Origin: Candidatus Dojkabacteria bacterium UBA2022
GTDB lineage: Bacteria > Patescibacteriota > Dojkabacteria > SC72
Direction of reading: 5' to 3'
DNA: 64,000 nt
NCBI GenBank assembly: GCA_002335495.1
Contig: DDBW01000020.1
Location: 11,124 to 75,123, forward strand
A program made the position numbers and the translations under genes. Shown here piece by piece: positions 1 to 9,231 of the stretch. The notes below the pieces were generated by a model. It was not told where the DNA came from. It saw only the letters and a program-made list of their open reading frames with translations, and ran no database searches. Position 1 is the first letter of the stretch, and each line of letters opens with the position of its first letter.

Positions 1-1
1 C

Positions 2-1093
2 TTGCTAACATCTAATCCTCAGGCTATCCCCGCTGGTATTATTATCGCTTGTGAAGCTGATAATAAGTGTTATTTGAAAAAAATTCCTACAGAGACCCAA
101 CTTACAGAGCAGTCCGATAATATAAAAAAAGAAATTGAGAAGCTTAATCTTCTTCAGCAATCTCTAGGAGGTCCAGGAAGCTTCCTCCGAAAACTTATTG
201 TTAGAACTACATTTGCAGCTGAGGATAATACTGCAAGTGAAGGTGCCTTATTCTTCCTACCAGAGTATGGAATGTTCAGTTTGCAACTAGGGGAGTTTGA
301 GTTTGAGAAAGAAATCTCTGATGGTCTAACTTTCTACGTCTTCTATCTTGAAGTAAACGGAAAAGAAGGTTTCCAAATGCCAGTCAATCCTGATAGCCCA
401 ACAATCCATGAGGATATAATGATTAAGTCTAGAAGTTTCGAAATCAACTATGAGAAGAAAGCTGAAGTTAAGAAATATGATCTTCAGGCCGGTATAAATA
501 TAATATCTTTTGATTTTGTACCTGTTCCAACGACGTTGGGTGCATATACTGTAAGTGAATTAGTAGAAAATGCTAGAAAGAACGGAACCAATATTGAATA
601 TGTCTCATACTTTGACGGTGGAAGATGGGTTGAAGGATATAAATGCACGGCTGAATCATGTATTGGTAGTAATTTCGCAATCCTCCCTGGAAAAGGATAC
701 GTTCTTAAAACTTCCAAAAAGGGATCATTCACAGTTTCTGCCTACAACCTCAAATCGGCTATCCCTCTTAACCTATCAGCAGGTTGGAACCTAATAGGAG
801 TTCATGGATATAGTAGTGCATATACAGCTAAATCCTTAATTAATTCTATAAATAAAGTTGAAGGTTTAACCGCAGATAATGTATCTTGGTATCCAACTTC
901 CAAAGGAAGATATGAAGGACTACAGGTTACAGAAGGGGTCGAGTATGGATTTGATTTCCCAATCAATCCAATGAATGGATATTTTGTAAGAATTAAGAAG
1001 TTTACTCCAAAGGATGAAGCTTGTAAGTCTATTATCTGGCATGACGGTAATGATCTTAACGGAACCTGTGGAGACTCTAAATCAATATTTTAA
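2..1093 (+). CDS. hypothetical secreted/surface protein (5' partial; the start lies upstream of the window)
   Basis: The ORF runs in from the window edge for 363 codons. It is Cys-containing, beta-rich and Gly/Asn/Ser-rich with no catalytic motif recognised. It is co-directional with the downstream envelope genes. Confidence 0.5.
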   Translation: MLTSNPQAIPAGIIIACEADNKCYLKKIPTETQLTEQSDNIKKEIEKLNLLQQSLGGPGSFLRKLIVRTTFAAEDNTASEGALFFLPEYGMFSLQLGEFEFEKEISDGLTFYVFYLEVNGKEGFQMPVNPDSPTIHEDIMIKSRSFEINYEKKAEVKKYDLQAGINIISFDFVPVPTTLGAYTVSELVENARKNGTNIEYVSYFDGGRWVEGYKCTAESCIGSNFAILPGKGYVLKTSKKGSFTVSAYNLKSAIPLNLSAGWNLIGVHGYSSAYTAKSLINSINKVEGLTADNVSWYPTSKGRYEGLQVTEGVEYGFDFPINPMNGYFVRIKKFTPKDEACKSIIWHDGNDLNGTCGDSKSIF

Positions 1094-1112
1094 TTATAAT
1101 TAATAAATACAA

Positions 1113-1424
1113 ATGGAAACTATACCCGCCTGGTACTGGATGCTTGTTGTTACAGCTTTGACCGTAATGGTCTGTCTAATATTGTACTATGTTGCAATGT
1201 TAGTAAAAGAATCTACCAGAACAATGGTAGAAGTTAGAGAGACTATAGGAGACTCTAGAAAAATAATTCAATCTTCGACTAAAATTGTAGAAGATGCCTC
1301 AGAGATTGTCGCTTCTGTTAAAGGCACTGTAGATGAATTTAATAATTCTGTTGTAGAACCTGTAAAAGGGATCGGGGATACTCTAAAAGGAGTTCTCTCA
1401 TTCATTAGAGGTATTGTTGGCTAG
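1113..1424 (+). CDS. small membrane-anchored protein (N-terminal TM helix plus amphipathic tail)
   Basis: 103 codons. It has a hydrophobic N-terminal helix (WYWMLVVTALTVMVCLILYYVAMLV). The rest is charged and helical. It is tightly spaced after the upstream ORF. Confidence 0.45.
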   Translation: METIPAWYWMLVVTALTVMVCLILYYVAMLVKESTRTMVEVRETIGDSRKIIQSSTKIVEDASEIVASVKGTVDEFNNSVVEPVKGIGDTLKGVLSFIRGIVG

Positions 1425-1472
1425 TCTCCTAAAGTATTTGTATAACAGAATTATATTTTGTAATATGTATCC

Positions 1473-3116
1473 ATGTATATAACTCCTCGTCAGAGAAAGA
1501 AAAATATTACAACGACAATTATTCTCGCCGTCGCCATCCCTTTTACAGTTGTTGCTGCATACTTTGTTACTCAGTTAATGATCGGAGCTGCTGGAGAAAC
1601 TGACCCCAAGAATGTTGTTGTGAGTAACGTAACCTCTAACTCAATTACCATCTCATGGTCTACCGATGCCGACGCCACTGGATCTGCTATTGTTAAAAAG
1701 GGAGGAGTCGATAGCAAGCCATATCTGGATATAAGAGGAAGCGACAGAAGAAAAACTCACTATGTAGAAGTTACAGATCTTGAACCAAATGTTGAATACT
1801 CCTTTACCATTATTTCGAATACCACCAAATACACAGATGAAAAGGGTAGTGCATTCAAATTTAAAACTACCCCAATTACAGGAGAAACTCCTGTCCCACA
1901 ACCCGTTTTCGGCGGGATCACAGGCTCAACTTCAAATGATAATATTGCTTACGTCATGATTGATGGGAATTCCAATGTGTATCCTGCTTCTGGAGTTGTG
2001 AATTCTTCTGGCAATTGGATTATTGACCTCTCTGGTCTCCGGGACGGTACAAACTCACTTGTTAAGGTTGAAAAGGATACTAAGCTTCTTGTTGTCATAA
2101 GGGGGAAGGATAATACGGGTGCGAAAGTTGCGGGTACGTACAATGATCTTTTCGATGTTGATGGGAAACTTAAGGACTCTTCTAAGTTATCAATGGGGAC
2201 TTTATCAAATGTTTCCTCCCTATTTCCGGATAAGTCTGTAATTACGAGGGTTGTCGCGTATACTCCTCCAACTCCTACCCCGACTCCCACTCCAACGCCG
2301 ACACCTACCCCTACACCCACGCCAACTCCTACCCCTACACCAACCCCAGAAACTCGACAGTTTAGAATTGTTCAGGATGTGAAATGGGTTGTTATTTCTG
2401 GTACAAATGTAAATGGAGATGTTACAGAAGAACCTACTGTTGTAACGGGTAAAGAATCTATTCAAGTTACAAATTTAACCGATACGGGCTTTACTGTTAT
2501 CTGGTTAACTGCAGAAAAACAAGCCGGATCTATTGTTTATGGGACCACGGAGGATTCTCAGATTACAACTGCAAATGATGAAAGAGATGGTCTTCTTGAA
2601 AAGAAAACGTACTACGCCCACAGCGTAAAAGTTACAAAGTTACAGCCTGAAAAGAAATACTACTTTAAAGTTAAATCTGGAGAGCAAACGCTGGATAATG
2701 CTGGTAAGGCATTTGAAGTTACTACTCATAAGACGCTAAGTAATCCTCCTGAGTTTAAAACTATTTCGGGGAAGATTAATAATCTTGTTGGAGATGCCGT
2801 TGTATTTGCAAGAATAATCAATAAAGATACGAGCGGAAGCGTTGGTAATTCTTCGGTAACGTCTGCGGTGGTAGATGAAAACGGTAACTGGATTGCTACA
2901 TACGGAGATATGCGAAATGAGAGTGGTGCCGAGTACTTTAATCCTTCTGAATCAGACGTTATGGAAGTCAAACTTATGGCTTATCAAAATTCTTCTACGG
3001 TCTCTGAAAGCATGAAGAATATTGACTCCAAAACTATATCTATTGATCTTTCCAGCTCGTCTTCAGTTCGAGAGATTATTAAGGTTGCTAGATTAGGTAA
3101 CTACGGGGTTAAATAA
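1473..3116 (+). CDS. membrane-anchored surface protein with fibronectin-III-like repeats and a (Thr-Pro)13 linker
   Basis: 547 codons. It has an N-terminal TM anchor. Two segments have the FN3 pattern (SNVTSNSITISWST...YSFTI and TNLTDTGFTVIWLT...YYFKV). A long TPTPTP linker separates them. Confidence 0.6.
   Translation: MYITPRQRKKNITTTIILAVAIPFTVVAAYFVTQLMIGAAGETDPKNVVVSNVTSNSITISWSTDADATGSAIVKKGGVDSKPYLDIRGSDRRKTHYVEVTDLEPNVEYSFTIISNTTKYTDEKGSAFKFKTTPITGETPVPQPVFGGITGSTSNDNIAYVMIDGNSNVYPASGVVNSSGNWIIDLSGLRDGTNSLVKVEKDTKLLVVIRGKDNTGAKVAGTYNDLFDVDGKLKDSSKLSMGTLSNVSSLFPDKSVITRVVAYTPPTPTPTPTPTPTPTPTPTPTPTPTPTPETRQFRIVQDVKWVVISGTNVNGDVTEEPTVVTGKESIQVTNLTDTGFTVIWLTAEKQAGSIVYGTTEDSQITTANDERDGLLEKKTYYAHSVKVTKLQPEKKYYFKVKSGEQTLDNAGKAFEVTTHKTLSNPPEFKTISGKINNLVGDAVVFARIINKDTSGSVGNSSVTSAVVDENGNWIATYGDMRNESGAEYFNPSESDVMEVKLMAYQNSSTVSESMKNIDSKTISIDLSSSSSVREIIKVARLGNYGVK
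2262..2348 (+). repeat. low-complexity (Thr-Pro)n linker-coding repeat inside the FN3 surface protein gene
   Basis: 29 consecutive codons encode TPP(TP)13. The synonymous codons are deliberately mixed (act/acc/aca/acg with cct/cca/ccg/ccc). The antisense frame gives a spurious (GV)n ORF. Confidence 0.85.
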
Positions 3117-3154
3117 TAGAGTTTTATACTCAATTGTTGTACAATATCGACTAG

Positions 3155-4612
3155 ATGGTAAAAGTAATGTCAAGGCACAATCCGTTATTATATCTTATCG
3201 TAATAGTCTCGTTTAGCGTTTTATCCGCTTTAGTTGTCGATGCCCTGAACTCCGATCGTAAAGTTATTCAACAGGTTAATGCTGCTGCCTCTATAAGCAC
3301 AGAATCAACTACCGAACTTACAAGAATCTCCGCTCCTGTACCAGTTGAAGTTGAAGAGAGAGAGGCTGATGTAACCGCCCTCCCAATTCAAGCCTATACT
3401 GAGGTTGATATTAAATACAATGAGGATGGGACCGCTAACGTTGAAGAGGTTTTGGGCTGTGGTGTAAATGGTAGTGAAACTGGATGTACATCTGGTCCAA
3501 GCATCTACTATCAACCAATCTGTTCGAGAAGTGATGTTAGCATAACGGTTGGTGACGGACAGGAAGTTGGTAGCACTGGTAATGGCGTTAAGGTAACTAA
3601 GAACTCTGTGATTGAAGTGTGGAAAGTTACTGTCCCTATGGCCCTCCTTTCGGGTAGTGAATATGTGAAAGATAGTAGGATGGCGATTCAGGATGCAGAT
3701 GAAGGATTTCAAGGTACCTTTAAGCCTGCCTATGATGTGATTACTGATTATGAAGCAAGGGCTTACTGTGTGCCTGGAGTTGACTGTGATGACTTTGATG
3801 AAGGTATTGCTTCTGGTCCAATGGGTCCGTACTGGGTGAATGTGCATGCCGAGCTTGAAGCTGAAGCGACAAATGCCCCAGCTCCCGATAAGGCTACAAT
3901 TACTCCTAGACTGAACTCGGCCTGTCCTGATGTTCAGAGATCGAAGCCAAATCCGATTAAGTCTAACCGAAAAGGTATGTTTGTAGAAGCTAATTATCAG
4001 TTGCCAGGTCAGCATGCTTTCGGTAGAAACTTTAGTTCATTAGTTTGTATGAAGTCTGCTGGAGTAGAGACTTCTAATCATGCGGCTTGTCTTGAAAAAA
4101 GAACGTCATTTAACTTCCTGGTTTACGCAATCGTTCAAATCGAAGATTGGATTGACTGTACTATTGGAAGATATAATGAAGAAACTAAGGAATGGCAAGC
4201 TCCTGATCCAGAACTTTGTAAAGAAAGCGTAATCACTAACTTGAAAATTGACGGTCTTTTCGGATCGACATTTAAGTGTGTTAGAAATCACTGTGCAAGT
4301 AGGTATATGGATCTTTCAAGACAAGGAACAAAGCCTCCGGGAGTTGCTCAAGCTATGGCCCCTGAAGGTTTAACCCCTCTTTATAATCAACCTGTTGTTG
4401 AACCTTTCTATGTGAGTACACCTTGTATGGTTAGAGTTGATGGTATACACTTTGTGGATATTCCTTGTATCTGGGATATGAGTGTTTATGAAGCTGATTA
4501 TCAGAGGCAAAAACAAAACGCAGTCCCAGGCTCAGAAGATATGCCTGCTACTTTCGAGGAGTATTGGAAGATGGTAGAAGAACAGATAAAGAATAGAGGT
4601 GAAAAGTGTTAA
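3155..4612 (+). CDS. Cys-rich secreted protein, unknown function
   Basis: 485 codons. It has an N-terminal signal/anchor (LLYLIVIVSFSVLSALVV). More than 25 Cys are spread through the mature part. There is no catalytic motif. Confidence 0.5.
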   Translation: MVKVMSRHNPLLYLIVIVSFSVLSALVVDALNSDRKVIQQVNAAASISTESTTELTRISAPVPVEVEEREADVTALPIQAYTEVDIKYNEDGTANVEEVLGCGVNGSETGCTSGPSIYYQPICSRSDVSITVGDGQEVGSTGNGVKVTKNSVIEVWKVTVPMALLSGSEYVKDSRMAIQDADEGFQGTFKPAYDVITDYEARAYCVPGVDCDDFDEGIASGPMGPYWVNVHAELEAEATNAPAPDKATITPRLNSACPDVQRSKPNPIKSNRKGMFVEANYQLPGQHAFGRNFSSLVCMKSAGVETSNHAACLEKRTSFNFLVYAIVQIEDWIDCTIGRYNEETKEWQAPDPELCKESVITNLKIDGLFGSTFKCVRNHCASRYMDLSRQGTKPPGVAQAMAPEGLTPLYNQPVVEPFYVSTPCMVRVDGIHFVDIPCIWDMSVYEADYQRQKQNAVPGSEDMPATFEEYWKMVEEQIKNRGEKC

Positions 4613-4644
4613 TTATTTTAAGTTAATTTAAATATTCATAGTTT

Positions 4645-6144
4645 ATGTCAGTAGTATCAAGTTTGTATTCTCGTATTAGAAGGGTGAACTCTAAAGTTGT
4701 AGTTACTAAAACTTTAAATATCCTTACTCTCTTGCTTGTAATGTATATGTCCTTTAACACTCTTAATACGTATGCGATTAGTGCTGAAGAAATTATGAAT
4801 ACAAAAATCGATATTCAGGAGAGTTATAAAGACGCTGAAGCAGTAAACTCTGCTGCTGCAAAGGATACTGGTCCTAACTTACATAAAACTAGCTACTTAA
4901 ACACTCTTGCTGGAGCTTTTACAGGTGTATCAGTTTTTATGGGAGTAGAAGTGTTTACTAATTCAGAATCTGTTATGAATGATCCCGAGATCAGCCCTCT
5001 TTCAAAAAGAGGATTGCTTGGTTATTCTGATGATGCTGTTATGGCTTTATATCAAAATCAGCCAAATATAAATGTCCCTCAGCACATGGCGAGACAGTGG
5101 ATTCCTGGGTATGATCAAAGCGCTCGTTCAACTATTGCTGCTGAGGATGGATACGACTTACTCGTTTCCACTGGTGTCGATCAGATGTGGGAACAAATGA
5201 GAATGATTGCATACATACTTTTTGTAATCGTTTTGATGGCAGCTGGATTCATGATTATGTTTAGACAAAAAATTGGTGGGCAACTAATGGTTACGGTATT
5301 TAATACTTTGCCAGGAGTTGTAATTGGTCTTGTCACAGTGACATTTAGTTTCGCAATTGTCGGTTTCGTTTTGAATATAGGCATGTTGCTGGTTAATGTA
5401 ATTGCAGCTTTACTCGATCCATCGGGACAGAGTCTCCTCTCTATAAACGGCCCTTTCAGTCTTTTGAGTTTAAAAAATATCGGTGGATTTATAACGGAGT
5501 CTAGTCAGGCTAGATCCTTTACGATTGGAAGTTCTTCGTTGATTGCTGTCTTTATGGGCTCTATTGCTGCTATTTTTCAAGGGGCTGGATTGTTAGCTAC
5601 TGGCGCTGGTTTAGGCCCTGTTATTGCGGTTGGTATGATTGCATTTTTTATAATAATCCTTTTTATAGCTTTTGCGGTACTTTGGGCATCAGTAAAGGTA
5701 TTTATAACTGTTTTGACGGCTTATATAGGTATTATAATTGATACGGTCTTAGGGCCTCTTTATCTTGTAGCTTCTGCATTGCCTGGTAAGGGATATATAG
5801 GAGGTGATTGGTTTAAGAGAATATTAAGAAATACACTTGCTTTCCCAGTTGTCTTTTTCTTTGTTAACTTGGGTGGATATATCCTCAAACAAGAAATTGA
5901 TTTTTCGTTCCCATCTGGTTTAGTTGGAGCTGAAGGTAGCGGTGTAGATGCTGCTCTTACGGATGGAGTAGGTTGGTTCTTAAAGGCCTCACTTACTTTG
6001 ATCCTTTTCTTTGTTGCAGCAGAATCACCTAAGTTCCTTACTGATATTCTACCTACTAATGGTGGAAAAGGAGCTGAAGCTGTTATCGGAGGAACAAAAG
6101 CTTCTCTTAGTAAAATCCCTCTCATCGGTGGCTTCTTTGGTTAA
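4645..6144 (+). CDS. polytopic integral membrane protein, possibly VirB6/TrbL-like
   Basis: 499 codons. It has an N-terminal signal, a ~130-aa soluble segment, then 6-8 Gly-rich TM helices and a hydrophilic tail. This architecture is typical of TrbL/VirB6-family channel proteins. No sequence motif confirms that. Confidence 0.45.
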   Translation: MSVVSSLYSRIRRVNSKVVVTKTLNILTLLLVMYMSFNTLNTYAISAEEIMNTKIDIQESYKDAEAVNSAAAKDTGPNLHKTSYLNTLAGAFTGVSVFMGVEVFTNSESVMNDPEISPLSKRGLLGYSDDAVMALYQNQPNINVPQHMARQWIPGYDQSARSTIAAEDGYDLLVSTGVDQMWEQMRMIAYILFVIVLMAAGFMIMFRQKIGGQLMVTVFNTLPGVVIGLVTVTFSFAIVGFVLNIGMLLVNVIAALLDPSGQSLLSINGPFSLLSLKNIGGFITESSQARSFTIGSSSLIAVFMGSIAAIFQGAGLLATGAGLGPVIAVGMIAFFIIILFIAFAVLWASVKVFITVLTAYIGIIIDTVLGPLYLVASALPGKGYIGGDWFKRILRNTLAFPVVFFFVNLGGYILKQEIDFSFPSGLVGAEGSGVDAALTDGVGWFLKASLTLILFFVAAESPKFLTDILPTNGGKGAEAVIGGTKASLSKIPLIGGFFG

Positions 6145-6168
6145 ATCTAATAGTGTGAAAATTATAAA

Positions 6169-9100
6169 ATGGCTGGAAAGAGGAAAGATAAATATGAAAA
6201 CGCTTTGCAGTCTATTTCTGACTTCATATTCAAAAATTCTGGTAAACGGGTAAAAGTTAAGCCCGGAAAAATTTCAGGGGCGTCTGGTACAGATCAGATG
6301 GCAAAAGCTCTTGCTGAAATTGCCTCCAAACCTGGGCTATACATAAGTGATTCATTGATGAAGTCAATTAATGAGACGATTGGTAGTCAGGCTTTGCTTC
6401 AATTTTATGTTGATCAACTGAACGAAGAAAAACATATAGGTGCTGATAAAAATGAAGGGCGTTTTAGAGTCCGAGGTTTTGAAACCGCTAATGTTATTGC
6501 TAACCCTAGGAAATACGTAAAGAGTATTTTCGACAAAGCTAAGGCAGAAAGAGAATGGGCAAGTAAAGTTGGAATGGCAGGCTACATTGACGGCGCAGCT
6601 GCCCTTTTATGGGCTAAAAAACAGGGCTTAAGTTGGCAGGAAGGAATGAAGATGTTTTCTGCTGCCAACTACGACTTACAGCCTATCCATAGGGAGGATG
6701 CTCATAAACTTATGGCTGAAACAGCTGGCTATCAAAGTTTCAAAGACCGTAAGAAAGCAGAGGAGGCTGGTAAGGACCTTTATTCAGCAATTAATAGCTC
6801 TGCTTTAACACGTGGGGGTAAAGTTAGTACTGCTAGTGGTGCTTTAGGCAATGACTTCATGCAGACTCTTTCTCCTTCGGAAAGAAAACTTCTAAAAGAT
6901 GGTATGGATGCTCTAAGTGCTGGGCAAAAACTCCCAGATGTTACGAGTAGATCTAAATTTGATGATTTACTTAAGCGACAGGCCCAGTTTGGAAAGCCTG
7001 GGGATAAATACTCAGGTCGTTATAATGCGATCCAAGGGCAACTAAAAAAACTTGAAGTCTCACCTGGTGTAAGGAAGTACACAGATTCTGAGGTAGACGC
7101 TATTTTAAAAAATTATGTTGAATCTCGGGATATCTCAAAGCTTGATCTTACGGGTGCTGAGTTCAAAAACTTAGATAAATATGCTGGTCTTAATCCTACA
7201 ACGTATAGAAGGCTCCTGATGAAAAATATTGATGCAAAGTTAAGGGTTATGGATCCTGTGAAAGACAAGGATGAAATGAAAGCTCTTACTACTTCAATGG
7301 GTGTTATAAGTTTGTGGCAAAGGGCATATGGAGGACCTGTCCCAGAGGATTATGCTGTTTTGATGGATAAAGTTAAATCAGAGATGGGTAATCCCTCTAC
7401 CTCTTCTGGACGAAAAGCTGAGCTTCAAAAAATACTCGACCAAATTAATAAAGAGAATAACGCCATTGGTGATAGAACAAATCGTCTTGGGGCATATACG
7501 GGTGTCTCAGATATACCTAAAATCGGAGCTCTTCGTAAAGATCTTGCCAATTATATAGGAATTGAGAAAGAGTTTTGGGAAGGTAAATTTAGAGAACTCT
7601 CGGATCTCCGTGCAAAAGGAACTATCACTCCAGATCAGGAACGTGAACTGGCTAAAGTAGGGCGAAGGCTTTCTTTGCTTTCTGTTGAACAAGATGGACT
7701 TAGAACACTACCCTGGGCGGGAGCGCGTATTACAGTAGGGCAGGTGTCAAATATGTTCAGAGCGTATAAGAATATATTTCAAGGTGGACCAGGTAGCATG
7801 CTTATGAACGGAATGTTCTGGGTTAGTGATGCGGCAGGTCCTTTTGCACCAGGAGCTATGGGTAAAATTAAGCTTATGTCACGTAAATTTGAAAATGGTC
7901 TTATTACTGAGGCCGTTATGCCTACTATGCGAGGAGATATTCACCCCTCATATGCGCAACTTACTGCTCTTTACTATCTCTCTCCCGCTAGTTTGCTTAA
8001 AACTTTTTTCTTTACAGGAGAAGGTTGGGCATATATGGGACATATTAAAGAAAGTGGAGCCAAAAATCTCCTAAATCATTATAAAAAAGATATTATCGGA
8101 GTTTTGGGAATTACGGAAGATGCTTTTAACGAATCGATGTCGAAGAATTACCTAAATATTGTAGATCAGCTTAAGGGAAGTACTAATCCTCTTATAAAGA
8201 AATTTATTGGTAGGGTCGAGTCCCTCTCTAATGCCGCTGAGAAACTTGCATCGAGGGTGGATTTTTATAATCGTTACCTTTACGGGCCTTATAGTAAGAT
8301 GGCATCAAATATAAACCAATGGATAATGTCGCGAGTAGGTCGTTTGTTGAAAGGTAGGATTCAAAGCGAGATGTGGAATAGTGCTGTTGATAAGTTTGTT
8401 GCCGGTGCAATCGGTCTTAAACAACTAATCTATTATGGAGTAGAAGCGGTTTTGCAGGCTGCTAATATCACCGTTAGTGGAGGAGCTTTGAGTATGTTGG
8501 TCGGATTTGTTTCTTACGTAGTTACTGAAGGCATTTATAAATTCGCACAGCCTATTCTTGAAGTTTTAGCAGGAATTTTCTCTATGTTTGGTATTTTACT
8601 CTTTGCCTTGATACTGTTTTTGGTAGGAGCCGCGAATGGAGCCTTCTCCAGGAAGTCAGATCCATATCGTGCATACTACCCTGGCTCTGCTATTGCCTGT
8701 ACTACCTACAACCCCCATGCAGGCATGTACCCACCTCCTCCTGATGACGTTCCTAGTACAGGATACCCACCATCTGATTCAAGCTGTCCATTTACCTTCA
8801 CTCCAGCTATCTGTACACAAGGAGATGGAGGAAACAGCTCTAGCTACCACCAACAAACAAAGGCAATTGACATTGGAACTAACTCTGTTCCCGTTAATGA
8901 AGATGTCTGGCACGCCCCAGCAGATGGAAAGATTACCAAATTCCAGGCTACCAACATATGTCAGGGAACTGGAAAGAACTATGGAGGATGGTTAGTCTTC
9001 CAAGATAACAGTGGAAATGTATATACACTATTACACGTAAAAGCCCTTGCCCCAGTTGGAGCTGTAAAGAAAGGAACTGCAGTCGCTATTACCCAAAGAG

Positions 9101-9231
9101 ACCTCACTCCAGACGGATGGTGTTGGACTGGACCTCACTTCCACCTCCATGTAACATCAAATGGAAGTTATGTTGATTCTGAAGACTGGTATAGAAATAA
9201 ATTGAAGTGCAGCTTCTCTGTATGTCCATAA
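6169..9231 (+). CDS. 1020-aa multidomain protein with a long helical N-region, a hydrophobic segment and a C-terminal M23 (LytM-type) metallopeptidase domain
   Basis: The C-terminal ~130 aa carry M23 hallmarks (HQQTKAIDIG ... GGWLVFQDNSGNVYTLLHV ... GPHFHLHV, i.e. the HxxxD and HxH motifs). Two or three TM helices lie around nt 8400-8640. There is no signal peptide. Confidence 0.65.
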   Translation: MAGKRKDKYENALQSISDFIFKNSGKRVKVKPGKISGASGTDQMAKALAEIASKPGLYISDSLMKSINETIGSQALLQFYVDQLNEEKHIGADKNEGRFRVRGFETANVIANPRKYVKSIFDKAKAEREWASKVGMAGYIDGAAALLWAKKQGLSWQEGMKMFSAANYDLQPIHREDAHKLMAETAGYQSFKDRKKAEEAGKDLYSAINSSALTRGGKVSTASGALGNDFMQTLSPSERKLLKDGMDALSAGQKLPDVTSRSKFDDLLKRQAQFGKPGDKYSGRYNAIQGQLKKLEVSPGVRKYTDSEVDAILKNYVESRDISKLDLTGAEFKNLDKYAGLNPTTYRRLLMKNIDAKLRVMDPVKDKDEMKALTTSMGVISLWQRAYGGPVPEDYAVLMDKVKSEMGNPSTSSGRKAELQKILDQINKENNAIGDRTNRLGAYTGVSDIPKIGALRKDLANYIGIEKEFWEGKFRELSDLRAKGTITPDQERELAKVGRRLSLLSVEQDGLRTLPWAGARITVGQVSNMFRAYKNIFQGGPGSMLMNGMFWVSDAAGPFAPGAMGKIKLMSRKFENGLITEAVMPTMRGDIHPSYAQLTALYYLSPASLLKTFFFTGEGWAYMGHIKESGAKNLLNHYKKDIIGVLGITEDAFNESMSKNYLNIVDQLKGSTNPLIKKFIGRVESLSNAAEKLASRVDFYNRYLYGPYSKMASNINQWIMSRVGRLLKGRIQSEMWNSAVDKFVAGAIGLKQLIYYGVEAVLQAANITVSGGALSMLVGFVSYVVTEGIYKFAQPILEVLAGIFSMFGILLFALILFLVGAANGAFSRKSDPYRAYYPGSAIACTTYNPHAGMYPPPPDDVPSTGYPPSDSSCPFTFTPAICTQGDGGNSSSYHQQTKAIDIGTNSVPVNEDVWHAPADGKITKFQATNICQGTGKNYGGWLVFQDNSGNVYTLLHVKALAPVGAVKKGTAVAITQRDLTPDGWCWTGPHFHLHVTSNGSYVDSEDWYRNKLKCSFSVCP

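Noticed and set aside
1949-2320. 123-codon minus-strand ORF beginning MGVGVGVGVG
   Set aside because: It is simply the antisense reading of the (Thr-Pro)n linker inside the FN3 surface protein gene. There is no independent support.
8636-8995. 119-codon ORF overlapping the M23 region, plus other 60-240-codon ORFs antisense to or out of frame in long genes (for example 3305-4015, 5760-6125, 22844-23359, 42787-43332, 39601-39975)
   Set aside because: They overlap well-supported genes with conserved protein motifs in the other frame. None has independent evidence.
4645-9231. Calling a complete type IV secretion system
   Set aside because: Only a VirB6-like architecture and a hydrolase are present. 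No VirB4/VirD4 ATPase or relaxase is in the window, so only a tentative module-level finding is reported.
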